A stretch of DNA of 64,000 nt, from assembly GCA_965223845.1 (NCBI GenBank), contig CBDCXR010000004.1, forward strand, positions 5,792,001 to 5,856,000, given 5' to 3'. This document shows, in pieces, positions 36,793 through 47,640 of the stretch. The notes beneath the pieces were generated by a model. The model ran no database searches, was not told where the DNA came from, and worked only from the letters and a program-made list of their open reading frames with translations. This stretch comes from Planctomycetota bacterium. Its GTDB lineage: Bacteria > Planctomycetota > UBA8108 > SXIK01. Both the position numbers and the translations under genes were made by a program. Position 1 is the stretch's first letter; each line of letters opens with the position of its first letter.

Positions 36793-37572
36793 TCACTTCT
36801 GCGTCGCCAGCCGAACGAACTTGGGAGCGTCACTCCAGCCCTTCTCTAGGGCCACGCGCTCGAACATTCCGGGGAGCGGGGCACGAATCGTTCGCTCGCC
36901 GCCGAGGATGTCGGCCGGCAGCACGACCTCGGTGCAGTGAAGCAGAAAGTGCGGCACGCCGAATCGCTCGAGGAATTGCTCGGCGGGTCGAGGCTTTCCG
37001 TAGCGCCGGTCGCCGCCGAGGGGGTGCCCTTGCTGTGCGAAGAGCGCGCGCACGAGATGTCGGCCTCCGTCCCGAACGTTCGCTTCGACGAGGCTCAGGC
37101 GCTCGTCGCTCGCGATCGTGTGGTAGGAGAGCGCAGCGTCTCGACGTTCGTACCGGTGCCCGACGCGCGTCCGCAGCTTGCCCCGAATCTCCCCTTCGGC
37201 CGCGAGCGGGCCGGCGACGACGGCAACGTATCGCCTCTCGATCTCGCCCGCGCTGAACGCGGCCTGAAGGCGACGCGCCATCGCCCGGCGAGTCGCGAGG
37301 AGAAGAACACCCGTCGTCTCGAGATCGTGATGCTGAACCGGGAGCGGGCGCTTCCCCACCTTGAGGTCGAGGACGCCCGGATGGCACCGCCCCCACTCGG
37401 CGACGATGTCCGCGATTCCTCGATCGTGGCCCGTGCCTTCGTCGACGGGGATTCCGGCAGGCTTGTCGATCGCGAGGAGGCCGCCGCCCTGAAAGAGAAC
37501 GCGGTCGGGACCGAACTCGTCCGGTTCTTCGCGTTCCGCGCTGTCGCTCGGAGGTCGTTCGCCCGTCGCCAT
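36793..37572 (-). CDS. RluA-family RNA pseudouridine synthase
   Basis: IDKPAGI, QHHDLETTGVLL (HRLD-equivalent), RYVAVV, GGRHLVR, GHPLGGDRRYG, LLHC. Confidence 0.82.
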   Translation of the reverse strand: MATGERPPSDSAEREEPDEFGPDRVLFQGGGLLAIDKPAGIPVDEGTGHDRGIADIVAEWGRCHPGVLDLKVGKRPLPVQHHDLETTGVLLLATRRAMARRLQAAFSAGEIERRYVAVVAGPLAAEGEIRGKLRTRVGHRYERRDAALSYHTIASDERLSLVEANVRDGGRHLVRALFAQQGHPLGGDRRYGKPRPAEQFLERFGVPHFLLHCTEVVLPADILGGERTIRAPLPGMFERVALEKGWSDAPKFVRLATQK

Positions 37573-37582
37573 CGCTCTCAGC

Positions 37583-38350
37583 TTACTGGCCGTAGTAGAT
37601 CCCGCCGTTGACGTGGATCACTTCCCCGCTGATGTACGCCGCCGCCGGCGAGGCGAGGAAGGCGACCGCACCGGCGACATCTTCATTCGTACCGGCTCGC
37701 TTCATCGGGACGTGCGAGAGGAGCTGCTCGAACATCGCGGGGTCGGTGTGCACTTCGTGAAATGCGTTGTCGATCACTCCCGGGGCGACCGAATTGATGG
37801 TGATCCCCTTCCCGGCGTAATCCTTCGTGAGCGTGCGCGCGAGATTCGACACCGCCGCTTTCGCCGGTCCGTAGTGGGGAGTCGTCGCCGCTCCGCCGTT
37901 GTGTCCGGCGACCGACGAGATGTTGATCACGCGACCGTCGCCGGTGCGGACCATATGCGGGATGACGGCTTTCGTTACCAGAACCACGCTCGAGAAGTTG
38001 AGGCGCAGGACCTCGTCGAGCAGCTCGGGGGTCAACTCCTCGAGATGCGCTCGCTTCACCATGCCCCCGGCGTTGTTGACGAGGATATCGATCCTTCCGG
38101 ATCCCAACGATAGCGCCTCTTCGACGACGCGGTTGATCTCCCCTTCTCGCGTCGCGTCGCCCTGGATGGCGACCGCGCGACGACCCAAATCTTCGATCGC
38201 GCCCGTAGTCGCGCGGGCTGCGTCCGCACTCTGGTGGTAGTTGATCGCGACGTCGGCGCCGAGGCTCGCGAGCTCGAGCGCGACGGCTCTTCCAATATCG
38301 CGCGCACCTCCGGTGATGAGGGCGGTCTTTCCGCTCAAATCAAACAGCAT
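37583..38350 (-). CDS. SDR-family oxidoreductase
   Basis: TGGARDIG, LVNNAG, NISS, YGPAK, VAPG, ISGEVIHVNGG. Confidence 0.93.
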   Translation of the reverse strand: MLFDLSGKTALITGGARDIGRAVALELASLGADVAINYHQSADAARATTGAIEDLGRRAVAIQGDATREGEINRVVEEALSLGSGRIDILVNNAGGMVKRAHLEELTPELLDEVLRLNFSSVVLVTKAVIPHMVRTGDGRVINISSVAGHNGGAATTPHYGPAKAAVSNLARTLTKDYAGKGITINSVAPGVIDNAFHEVHTDPAMFEQLLSHVPMKRAGTNEDVAGAVAFLASPAAAYISGEVIHVNGGIYYGQ

Positions 38351-38589
38351 GGCTCGTTCTCCGCGCCGGACAGCTCATCTCTACCGAGCCGGCCACCGTA
38401 CTCCCATGGTCCGGAAAAGCAAGCCTCGCCGCCATGCGCGGCAAAGCGGAGGTTCGATTGCACCCTTCAGCGCAAAAGGGTGAAGCGTGAACTCGCCCCC
38501 GGTCGATGCCTACCAAGTACGCCCAGGTCCTTCCGTCCCGATCGGATCTCCGGCGCTCCCACCGAACTCCGCCCCTCAACGACGCCTCG

Positions 38590-41500
38590 ATGAACCAAGC
38601 GACGCAATCCGGCGCCGTGCGCCCGAATCCTACCGCGGTTGTGGCGGCGAGCGTGGGATTTGGGATGACGCTCCTTGTCTGGACCGCAGTCGTCCACGCA
38701 TCGGGAGAATCGCTCTCGCTCAGTACGCTGGCGTCCGCGCACGCGGAGTTCCCGGCGCTGTTTCTCGTCGATCTCCTGCCGGTTGCCTTCGGCGTCTGCG
38801 CTTACCTGATAGCGAGCGGAATCACGAGTGCGAGCGGCACCGAGCGGTTCATGGCGAACGTCATCGATGCCTCGGGCCACGGACTCATCGTCTGTCGCAC
38901 CGACGGTACGATCGAGCGCGCGAGTCGCGCTGCGACCGAGATTTGCGCGGACGGGAAAGGACCGCTCGTCGGCCGCACGATCGGTTCCGTGCTCGACCGC
39001 GTCTGTATTGAACCGACTCGCGCGAGCCTCGTACTCGATCGCTCGCTCAGCGTTCCGTTCCTAGCCTCCGACGGGAGCTCGGTTTTTCTCGAGGTCCGTC
39101 TTTCTTCGTGCGAGTACCGCGGCGAGCCCCGCATTCTCTGTTCCGTCCGCGATCATACCGAGCGTCGTCGCGCCGCGGCCCAGCTCGATCGCGCGCGCCG
39201 TCGCTTGCAGTATCTGCTCGCATCGAGCCCGACGCTTCTCTACAGCACGAAGCCCGACGACAACTACGCCTGCACGTTCGTGAGCGAGAACATCCGCGAG
39301 GTCACGGGACATGAGCCTCACGAGATGCTCGAGGATCCGAACTTTTGGTACAACCACCTCCATCCCGACGACGCGGCCGGCGTGATGGAGGCGATGATGG
39401 TCCAGATCGAGCGCGGTGGAGGTACTCTCGAGTATCGTTTTCGCCGAAAGGACGACGACTATCGCTGGATTCAAGACGCGTACAAGGTCATCAGCGATCG
39501 ATCCGGACGGCTCGTCGAGATCGTCGGCACGTGGACAGACATCACGGAGGCCAAAGTCGCGCAAGCAGAGCGCGATCGCGTTTTCTCCCTGTCGATCGAC
39601 ATGATCGGGATCATGGACGATGCCGGCGTGCTTCGACGAGTGAATCCGGCGTTCGAGAAGACCCTCGGGTACTCGGAGGCGGAGCTCGTCGCAGGACCGA
39701 TTCACGAGCTCGTTCACCCGGCGGACCGCGATCACATGATGGAGACATGGCGCAGCCTGGAGGATCAGGACGCCGGCAGCCATTTTGAGCTGCGCTTTCT
39801 CTGCAAGGACGGTGCGTACAAGTGGCTGTCGTGGTCCGCGGCGCGCGAGAAGCGGGAAGGGCTCGTCTACGTCGTAGCGCGAGATGTGACCGCCTGGAAA
39901 GAGAACGAGGCCAGCCTCATCGCCGCGCGCGAATCGGCGCTCGAAGCCGTTCGCTCGAAGTCGGCCTTTCTCGCGACGATGAGCCACGAGATCCGCACGC
40001 CGATGAACGGGCTCCTCGGAATGCTCGGACTCCTCCTTCGCGGCGAGATCACCTCCGAGCAGCGAGAGATGATCGACACCGCGCGGAGCTCGGGCGAATC
40101 GCTACTCACACTGATCAACGACATACTCGATTTTTCAAAGATCGAGGCGGGTCGCCTCGAACTCGAAACGGTCGACTTCGATGTCGAAGATCTGCTCGAC
40201 GATTGCACCGCGCTCTTCGCGGAAGCGGCCGAAGCGCGGGAGATCGAGCTTTCCAGCCGGATCGCCTCCGGTGTTCCGTCGATGGTGAGAGGAGATCCGA
40301 CCCGACTCCGTCAGGTCCTCAGCAACCTCCTATCGAACGCGCTCAAGTTCACCGAGAGAGGATCGGTCGCGATCGACGTGCGTGCGCTCGACGCACCGGC
40401 GGGAGAAGCGAACGTCGAGTTCTCGATTCGCGACACGGGCGTCGGTATCGACGCGAACGCCAAGGACAAGCTCTTCCAAGCCTTTTCGCAGGCCGATGCC
40501 TCGACGACGCGTCGCTTCGGAGGCACAGGACTCGGTCTCGCGATCTGCAAACAGCTCGTGGAGCTCATGGGAGGCGAGATCAGCGTCGACAGCGCCCCTT
40601 CGGTCGGGACGACGTTCCGATTCAGCGTTCGCTTCACCGCGAGCGAAGCGAAAGCGGCCGGATTACCGGCAGTCGAAGAATGGCGCGGTCGTCGCGTTGT
40701 CGTCTTGGCCGGAAGTGAGAGAACTTGCGACGTCGTCGTCGACTATCTGACGCGGTGCGAAGCTCGAGTGCGACCGGTGTTCGGACTCGACGAAGCCGCG
40801 GCAGTGCTCGGACAATCGGTTGAGCCGGCCGTGGTGGTGATCGGGACGGCCCAGTACGGCGCCGCTCTTCAGCAAGCCATCGCGACGCTTCGCGAGGCGA
40901 CTCGCGGCGCGGTTCGCGTCGTAGCGATCGCCCCGGTGGGAACGGCGCGCAACTCCATCGAGTCGAACGGAGCGGACGCACTCATCTATCGCCCCGTGCG
41001 GCGGCGTCAACTCGTCGCGGCGATCTCTACTCGCGTCGACGAAGCGAGGGATCCGGACACGACACAGTCGTCCGACTCGATGTCGAATCTCCGACTCCTG
41101 CTCGCGGAAGACAACATCGTGAATCAGATGGTCGCCCGAAAGACCATCGGACCCTGGGTGAAGGAGCTCGACATCGTCGCCGACGGCAAGGCGGCGCTCG
41201 AAGCGATCTCGACCGGGAAGTACGATCTCGTACTGATGGATTGCCAGATGCCCGTGATGGACGGGTATCAGGCAACGATCGAAATCCGGCGCTGGGAGCG
41301 CGAAACCGAAAGCAAGCGGACTCCGATCGTCGCTTTGACCGCGAACGCGATGCAGGGCGATCGCGAACTGTGCCTCGAGCACGGGATGGACGACTATCTC
41401 ACAAAACCGATCAACGAGACGATCATCCGTCGGACGATCGAAAAGTGGGTCGAAGGAGCGAGCAGCGCCTGCTCGTCCTCGTCTCGTCCCGCGGGCGCGA

Positions 41501-41841
41501 TCGTCTCGCGTACGCTCGACGAGTTTCGACGAGTGATGGCGGACGAGTTCGAAGCGATCGTCGACGTGTTCCTCAGCGACGCCCCGGCTCAACTGGACGT
41601 GGCGGAACGCGCCATCGAGTTCGACGACCTCGCGACCGCTCAGCGCTCGATTCACTCCCTCAAGTCGACGAGCGCGAACTTCGGTGCGACGTGCCTCAAT
41701 CAGCTCGCCATCGCGGCGGAGCGCGCCGCGAGCGAGGGAGATCGACCCGAGTTTCTGCGCCTCTTCGCCGCGCTTCGGGCAGAGCTCGACAGCGTGATGC
41801 GCGAACTGCGCGAGATCGTCGATCGGGAGCCCGCGCACTGA
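38590..41841 (+). CDS. Hybrid sensor histidine kinase (TM-PAS x3-HisKA-HATPase-REC-like-REC-Hpt)
   Basis: PAS LHPDD/VHPADR; FLATMSHEIRTPMNG; NLLSNALKFT, DTGVGI, GGTGLGLAI; LMDCQMPVMDG; Hpt HSLKSTSANFGA. Start 38590 or 38506. Confidence 0.93.
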   Translation: MNQATQSGAVRPNPTAVVAASVGFGMTLLVWTAVVHASGESLSLSTLASAHAEFPALFLVDLLPVAFGVCAYLIASGITSASGTERFMANVIDASGHGLIVCRTDGTIERASRAATEICADGKGPLVGRTIGSVLDRVCIEPTRASLVLDRSLSVPFLASDGSSVFLEVRLSSCEYRGEPRILCSVRDHTERRRAAAQLDRARRRLQYLLASSPTLLYSTKPDDNYACTFVSENIREVTGHEPHEMLEDPNFWYNHLHPDDAAGVMEAMMVQIERGGGTLEYRFRRKDDDYRWIQDAYKVISDRSGRLVEIVGTWTDITEAKVAQAERDRVFSLSIDMIGIMDDAGVLRRVNPAFEKTLGYSEAELVAGPIHELVHPADRDHMMETWRSLEDQDAGSHFELRFLCKDGAYKWLSWSAAREKREGLVYVVARDVTAWKENEASLIAARESALEAVRSKSAFLATMSHEIRTPMNGLLGMLGLLLRGEITSEQREMIDTARSSGESLLTLINDILDFSKIEAGRLELETVDFDVEDLLDDCTALFAEAAEAREIELSSRIASGVPSMVRGDPTRLRQVLSNLLSNALKFTERGSVAIDVRALDAPAGEANVEFSIRDTGVGIDANAKDKLFQAFSQADASTTRRFGGTGLGLAICKQLVELMGGEISVDSAPSVGTTFRFSVRFTASEAKAAGLPAVEEWRGRRVVVLAGSERTCDVVVDYLTRCEARVRPVFGLDEAAAVLGQSVEPAVVVIGTAQYGAALQQAIATLREATRGAVRVVAIAPVGTARNSIESNGADALIYRPVRRRQLVAAISTRVDEARDPDTTQSSDSMSNLRLLLAEDNIVNQMVARKTIGPWVKELDIVADGKAALEAISTGKYDLVLMDCQMPVMDGYQATIEIRRWERETESKRTPIVALTANAMQGDRELCLEHGMDDYLTKPINETIIRRTIEKWVEGASSACSSSSRPAGAIVSRTLDEFRRVMADEFEAIVDVFLSDAPAQLDVAERAIEFDDLATAQRSIHSLKSTSANFGATCLNQLAIAAERAASEGDRPEFLRLFAALRAELDSVMRELREIVDREPAH

Positions 41842-41914
41842 CTTCGCGCCCGGAACGAAATCGGTTCCGTTTCGCGCTCGAGTTCACCGCTAGATCCGGA
41901 TGTGAACCCTCTCG

Positions 41915-42289
41915 ATGGCTCGCCGTCGACAATCTCCGCGGTTTCCGCTTCCCCTCGTCGTCAGCTGGACCCTCGCACTCGCGTCCGTAGCGGGTACGGG
42001 GGCACTCGTCGTGCTGCTCGACTGGCCCGCCTGGGCGGCCTACCTCGCTCCGCTCACCGCCGCGACGTTTCTCCTCTACGGCTTCGACAAGGCCGCAGCG
42101 CGACTCGATGGGCGCCGTGTTCCCGAGGCGACACTCCACCTGTTCATGATCGCCGGAGGCACCGCGGGCGCGTTGCTCGGACAAGCCGTGTTTCGTCACA
42201 AGACGGTAAAGTCCGCGTTCCGTCGGAAGTTCTGGGTTCTCTGTGTCGTGCAGATCGCGCTCATCGCAGCGTGGATCTGGTGGCGCTAG
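41915..42289 (+). CDS. DUF1294 family membrane protein
   Basis: YGFDKAAA...RVPEATL...GG..GALLGQ..FRHKT.K. Confidence 0.9.
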   Translation: MARRRQSPRFPLPLVVSWTLALASVAGTGALVVLLDWPAWAAYLAPLTAATFLLYGFDKAAARLDGRRVPEATLHLFMIAGGTAGALLGQAVFRHKTVKSAFRRKFWVLCVVQIALIAAWIWWR

Positions 42290-42468
42290 GTCGCCCCGGC
42301 GGCGAGCCCCGCAATGGGCGGGGCGGGCGGCCTCCCCACTCGCGCGCGAGACCCGCTCGGCAGACTGGAAAATCGCCGGCAGCGCGGTAAGGTGCGAGCG
42401 TGTCGAGTCGCCCCTCGCGCGCCGCACGCGCTTCGTTCGCTCGAGTCTTCTCCGCCCTCCGCTGATCG

Positions 42469-43938
42469 ATGGACCGCCCACGCTATCCGCGAATCGGATC
42501 GATGTCTCCGGACGTCTTCCGCGCGCACCTGAGAGAGGTCGCCGGGGGCGTCCCGTGCGATCCCGAGATTCTTCCGGCGCCGGACTCGCCACTCGCGACC
42601 CCGTTCGTCCATCGCGATCGAACGATCGGAAACCGCTGGTGCATTCATCCGATGGAGGGCTGGGACGGAGGCGAGGACGGGACGCCGACCGAGTGGACGC
42701 GCCGGCGCTGGCGCCATTTCGGCGAGAGCGGGGCGAAGCTGATCTGGGGCGGCGAGGCGGTAGCCGTCACGTTCGATGGCCGCGCGAACCCGAATCAGCT
42801 CGTCGCCGACGAGTCTACGCTCGGCGGACTCGCCGAGTTGCGGCAGATACTTCTCGAAGCTCACGGCGAACGATTCGGATCGACCGACGATCTCCTCCTC
42901 GGGCTTCAACTCACGCACTCCGGACGCTTCGCGCGCCCGCGTACGTCCGGCCGGCCCGAGCCGCGCGTCGCCTACCGCCATCCGATTCTCGATCGACGCT
43001 TCGGCGTCGAACGCGACGAGCAAGTTCTCACGGACGGTGAGCTCGAAGGGCTCATAGAGCGCTTCGTCGCCGGCGCTCGCTTCGCCGCAGAACTCGGCTA
43101 CGACTTCGTCGACGTTAAGAACTGTCACGGCTATCTCCTCCACGAAATCCTTGGGGGCTGCACGCGTGAAGGACCGTACGGGGGGGCGCTTTCGGGAAGA
43201 ACGCGTTTCTTGCGCGAAGTGATCGAGGGCATCCGGCGAGACGCACCCGCGCTCGAGATCGGCGTTCGTCTGAGCGCATTTGATCTCGTCCCCTATCGAC
43301 CGGATCCCGCGACGTCGAGCCCCGGCGCGCTCGGAATCGGAGTTCCCGAGGAGTACGACGAAGCGGCAGGTTATCCCTACGGCTTCGGGGTCGATCGCCG
43401 GGATCCGACGAAGATCGATCTCACCGAAGCGAAGGAACTGCTCGGACTTCTCGAGAAGCTCGACGTTCGGCTCGTCAACATCTCCGGCGGAAGCCCCTAC
43501 TACAATCCCCACGCGCAGCGTCCCGCGCTCTATCCGCCGTCGGACGGGTATCTGCCGCCGGAAGATCCGCTCGCCGGTGTCGCGCGGCATCTCGCCGTTA
43601 CGCGCGAGCTGAAGCGGGCCGCACCCGGACTGGTGCTCGTCGGATCGGGCCTCTCGTATCTCCAGGATTATCTCGTCCACGTAGCGCAGGCGCTCGTTCG
43701 CGAGGAGTGGATGGACTTTGTCGGCATCGGCCGCATGGTTCTTTCGTACTGGGATCTTCCGGCCGATTCGCTCGCGCACGGCGAGTTCGATCGACGGCGC
43801 ATCTGCCGCACGTTCAGCGACTGTACGACCGCGCCGCGACACGGTCTCCGGAGCGGTTGCTATCCGCTCGACAAGGACTACTCGCGTCTTCCGGATGCGG
43901 CCGAGTTGCGGCGAGTGAAGCGGGCGGGCGGCTCCTAG
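42469..43938 (+). CDS. NADH:flavin oxidoreductase (old yellow enzyme family)
   Basis: NRWCIHPMEGWD, LQLTHSGR, GYDFVDVKNCHGYLLHE, YGG..R.RF, C-terminal CRTFSDC. Confidence 0.9.
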   Translation: MDRPRYPRIGSMSPDVFRAHLREVAGGVPCDPEILPAPDSPLATPFVHRDRTIGNRWCIHPMEGWDGGEDGTPTEWTRRRWRHFGESGAKLIWGGEAVAVTFDGRANPNQLVADESTLGGLAELRQILLEAHGERFGSTDDLLLGLQLTHSGRFARPRTSGRPEPRVAYRHPILDRRFGVERDEQVLTDGELEGLIERFVAGARFAAELGYDFVDVKNCHGYLLHEILGGCTREGPYGGALSGRTRFLREVIEGIRRDAPALEIGVRLSAFDLVPYRPDPATSSPGALGIGVPEEYDEAAGYPYGFGVDRRDPTKIDLTEAKELLGLLEKLDVRLVNISGGSPYYNPHAQRPALYPPSDGYLPPEDPLAGVARHLAVTRELKRAAPGLVLVGSGLSYLQDYLVHVAQALVREEWMDFVGIGRMVLSYWDLPADSLAHGEFDRRRICRTFSDCTTAPRHGLRSGCYPLDKDYSRLPDAAELRRVKRAGGS

Positions 43939-43963
43939 TCCCTTGTGAGAAGATTCACGCGAG

Positions 43964-44926
43964 CTAACCTCGTGTCTTTCTTCGTCCCTCGCTCAACTCC
44001 GGAGGATTTGTGGGTTTCTTCGCTTCGGAAGACTCCGGTCGCATCGACGCGATGAGCTTTGAGGAGTAGCGCGTCGCGACGAAGCACGCGACGACGATCG
44101 CGACCGCCCCGGCGACTCCGCGGACGGTAGGATCCTCGTTCCACAGCAGAGCACCGAGAACGAACGAGAGCGCGACGCCCGAATAGTTGTAGATGATGAG
44201 GTTCCCCGCCGGCGCCTGCGCGAGTGCGTACGTGAGAAGCACTTGCCCGAGTACGGCGAAAACGCTGGTGAGGACGAGAGGGACCCACGCCGCCGCGATC
44301 GAGCCCGCGTCCGCGTAGAGGAGTGCCGGACTCGAACTGACGAGACACCAGATCGCGAACGCGACGACGATCGTCAGCGGGTGCTCCGAGTCCGTGAGCC
44401 GCTTGATGCAGACGACCGCCGCGGCGGCGAAGAGTCCCGTTCCTGTCGCAGCGATGAGTCCGAGGTCGAACTCGGTGGCCGAGGGCGAGCTCCCCGTGCC
44501 GGCCGATCCCGTCGTGATCGCCAGAACGCCGGCGAACCCCACGGCGAGTAGAACCCAGAGGAGCCCACGCGGCCTCTCGTCGAGAACGAAGATTCCGAGG
44601 ATCGGAACGAAGAGCGGCGCGGTGTTCGCGAGAACGACGACCTCGGCGAGATCCGAGCGCGAGAGCGCGTAGTAGTAGAGCTGAAGCGCGAGCGTTCCGA
44701 AGAGACACCGGAGCTGCATCAAGCCGGGCCGGCGAGCTCGGAAGGGAATCCCTCGCGCGCGCATGAAACCGCCGACGAGGACGATGATCACGACGCTCCG
44801 GGCGAATACGACGAGCGGACTGCTGACGAGCTCGCTCGCGGCTTTCGCACTCGCGGCCATGAGAGCGAAGCTGACGGACGACGCGGTCATCGCCGCTGCG
44901 CCTCGCAGTGGATGCGCTTCGCTCAC
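43964..44926 (-). CDS. DMT/EamA-family transporter
   Basis: About 10 hydrophobic segments; VVFARS, NTAPLF, LDER, GFAGVLAI. Confidence 0.88.
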   Translation of the reverse strand: MSEAHPLRGAAAMTASSVSFALMAASAKAASELVSSPLVVFARSVVIIVLVGGFMRARGIPFRARRPGLMQLRCLFGTLALQLYYYALSRSDLAEVVVLANTAPLFVPILGIFVLDERPRGLLWVLLAVGFAGVLAITTGSAGTGSSPSATEFDLGLIAATGTGLFAAAAVVCIKRLTDSEHPLTIVVAFAIWCLVSSSPALLYADAGSIAAAWVPLVLTSVFAVLGQVLLTYALAQAPAGNLIIYNYSGVALSFVLGALLWNEDPTVRGVAGAVAIVVACFVATRYSSKLIASMRPESSEAKKPTNPPELSEGRRKTRG

Positions 44927-44996
44927 GATTCGAGATCGTCGAGCGACGAAGTGTCGACACGCGATCCTTCGGCGACGTTCGAACGACGCCCCGCGC

Positions 44997-47015
44997 TCAC
45001 GGTCTGCTGATCCAGACGGGCGACGACCACGCCATCACGGGAAGTCCGCGCACTAGGTTCTTCTGGCGCACGCGGACGTAGTAGATCGTCTGTCCGCTCG
45101 CTCGCCGATCGCGATGCTCACCGCGAAACTCTGCGGCGTGCGGCGTCCAGCGATGCGCGACCGCGAACGCGTCGTCGCCGGCCCGGTAGCGGAGGATCTC
45201 GACCAGGACGATCTCGTCGGTCCCCACGACTGCGACTCGAATCGAGTGGTCGTCCGCTTCTTCCTCGCTCGCCGGGACGATCGATCCCATCGGGTGTCCA
45301 TCGACCGTGACCTCGAGAATGATCTTTGCCCCGGTCGTTGCGTAGGTTCTTCGCTCGTAGAGTGCGTCGAAGATGCTCTCTCGTGTCAGCTCTCTCGCGA
45401 AGGCTGCGACGAGACCGTGGTGCGCCTGACCCGGGCGCGCGCGGTGGTCATCGGTCGACGCGATCGCCGAGAGCGCGAGGCCCTCTCGGAGCGCGTCTTG
45501 GAAGTAACTCGGGTAATCGAGACTCGTCGATGGCGCGGTGAAATCGCTCTTCTCGAACGCGAGCGGGTGGTCGGGAGCGAACGTCTCGCTGAGACCGTGA
45601 CCGGAGTAGATCTCGAAGTTCCGGCGGTGCTCGGAGTTCTGCGGATAGAACGTGATGCCGCTCGGGAACTTTCCCGTGTGGTGCGGAATCGTAAGGGCTT
45701 CGCCCGCCCGGAGCGCGTGCCAGATTTCCGGGAGGCTGGTACGCCCCGGGAAGAAGAGCGGGCCCGGCCCACCGCGAAAATAGATGTTGTGGTGTCCCCA
45801 CGGTCGGCCGAGGGAGCATTCGTACGCGTGGAGCGTGACGAATTCGCCTGGCGCGTGGTGGGCGTCTGTGAGGGCGGTGTACTCGTCGTAGTTTCGGTGT
45901 GAGAGACCGGAAGACGCACCGTCCCGTCCACCGTTCATCGCGTGATCGGTCATCGCGTAGAAGTCGAGCGCCGCGACATCGCGCGCGTACTCGAACGAAC
46001 GATCGCCGACGCCGTCCCAACTGAAGTGGGTGTGCGAGTGGAGATCGCCCCAGTAAATGCGTCGTTCGGGCGTCGCCTCTCCTACGCGGGCGGGATTGCT
46101 CGTCGCGGTGAGATCGAGACCGACCGCTTCGGCGTCGATGCGGACGATTCCCGCCGCGCGGGGGAGCAGCTCGAAGCGCGCGTGACCGCCGGCGAGCGTG
46201 ATCGTCTCCCGCACGGAGATCTGACCCGATCGCCGCGCGAGACGAACGACCGCCGGCGTGGAGACGGGATTGCTCTCCTTGTCGAGAAGTGAGACGCGTC
46301 CGGAGAGCGGTTTTCCGGCGACTCCATCGGAGGAGAGATGCACGAAGAGCTCGACCGGCTTTCCCGCACGCGCGGTGAGAGTCGCACGTCGACTCGTGTG
46401 GAGGCGAAAGCGACTCGTTGCCGTCGAATCGACCGCGACGAGGATCGGCTCCGGACCCGTGCTGATCGCCGCGGCGCGATAACCGCGACTTCCGCTCGAA
46501 CGGTCGCCGTAGACGACGCGGATTTCGTCGCCTTCCTGGAGGTCGCCATCGGCAACGTGGATGCGAACGACGAATACGTAGCGTTCACTCCGGCCGTCGA
46601 GCGAGCGCTTTCGGTGCTTGACGAGCCGGTGCGCGACTTCGCGTTCGACAACGGTGACGAGGCGGACGCTCTCCCGCGACGCGCTCGCGCTCACGTAGTG
46701 ATCGTCCTTTGGGTCGGTCGCTTGGAGACGGTTCGCCGAGTTGCGCGGGCCTGCGTGCCAAGCGTCGGAAAGCTGGAGGCGGATCCCACCGCCCTGCGGG
46801 ATGCCTGGCGCACCGATAACGTACCGCACGGTCCACGTGCCGAACTCGCCGCTCACGCCGTGATCCGGATCGACGTGGAGCGAGCCCGCGCTCGTCGGCT
46901 CGGGATCGATGAGCGGCGGCGGAAGGCGCGGGCGGTCGTCGGCGCGGGCGATCGTGCCGATCAGGACGACCGCCAGCCGCGAAGCAAAGAGGAGAAGAGT
47001 CGAGGGAGTTCGCAC
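44997..47015 (-). CDS. Secreted DUF3604/PHP-like metallohydrolase
   Basis: YWGDLHSHTHFSWDG, AMTDH, AYE, GHHNIYF, IPHH, EIYSGHG, ASTDDH, RRTYATTG, YYVRVRQ, AWSSPVW; signal-like start at GTG 47015. Confidence 0.85.
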   Translation of the reverse strand: MRTPSTLLLFASRLAVVLIGTIARADDRPRLPPPLIDPEPTSAGSLHVDPDHGVSGEFGTWTVRYVIGAPGIPQGGGIRLQLSDAWHAGPRNSANRLQATDPKDDHYVSASASRESVRLVTVVEREVAHRLVKHRKRSLDGRSERYVFVVRIHVADGDLQEGDEIRVVYGDRSSGSRGYRAAAISTGPEPILVAVDSTATSRFRLHTSRRATLTARAGKPVELFVHLSSDGVAGKPLSGRVSLLDKESNPVSTPAVVRLARRSGQISVRETITLAGGHARFELLPRAAGIVRIDAEAVGLDLTATSNPARVGEATPERRIYWGDLHSHTHFSWDGVGDRSFEYARDVAALDFYAMTDHAMNGGRDGASSGLSHRNYDEYTALTDAHHAPGEFVTLHAYECSLGRPWGHHNIYFRGGPGPLFFPGRTSLPEIWHALRAGEALTIPHHTGKFPSGITFYPQNSEHRRNFEIYSGHGLSETFAPDHPLAFEKSDFTAPSTSLDYPSYFQDALREGLALSAIASTDDHRARPGQAHHGLVAAFARELTRESIFDALYERRTYATTGAKIILEVTVDGHPMGSIVPASEEEADDHSIRVAVVGTDEIVLVEILRYRAGDDAFAVAHRWTPHAAEFRGEHRDRRASGQTIYYVRVRQKNLVRGLPVMAWSSPVWISRP

Positions 47016-47640
47016 GGGAGGTCGTCTTCCGGGTGGGGAGATTCGGCGGAAAGCTCGGATTGTACTACGTGAGTCGTCGTTCGACCCGCGGAGGCCGGAT
47101 CGTCTCCGCGCGTGCGATCCGGATGGATCTCGCTTCGAGGTCGACCTGCAACGACCCGTACTCCTGCAAACAAAACTCAAACTGGGCCAGCCGCGTCCGT
47201 GAGCTGCCAGTGCCGCCCCGATGGATCCGACCGCCGGCGCGAACGCGACGTATCCCGAAACGCGCGACCGAAACCACGGATGATGTCGACCGGGCCCTCG
47301 CGAATCCCTCATCGAAAGACGTGAGTCGATCTACGGGCCGGCTTCGCGTGCTTGGTCGCGCGGCGAACAACCGGTTCATCATCGCCGTTCGCAAAGACGT
47401 CGACGATGACGCCGCAGTTCCCGTGACCGCCGACGAAGTTCCTCGAGCCGTGCTTCTACGGGTACCGATGGCGAGGACGAACCTCACCCAATGCCACCGT
47501 CCGATCGGCGACGAGCGCGGCCGAGACGCGGGCGGGGTGAGTCGTCCGGCGGCCGAGACTCGTTCTCGACGGACTCCGGCGCGCTCCGATGCAGCTCGGC
47601 TGCCGTCGTTTACCGCCGAGGCGTCCGGTACGATGCTCTC

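Noticed and set aside
47016-47640. Small gene in the 625-bp divergent spacer
   Set aside because: The frames I translated gave only short Arg-rich peptides with no RBS or motif.
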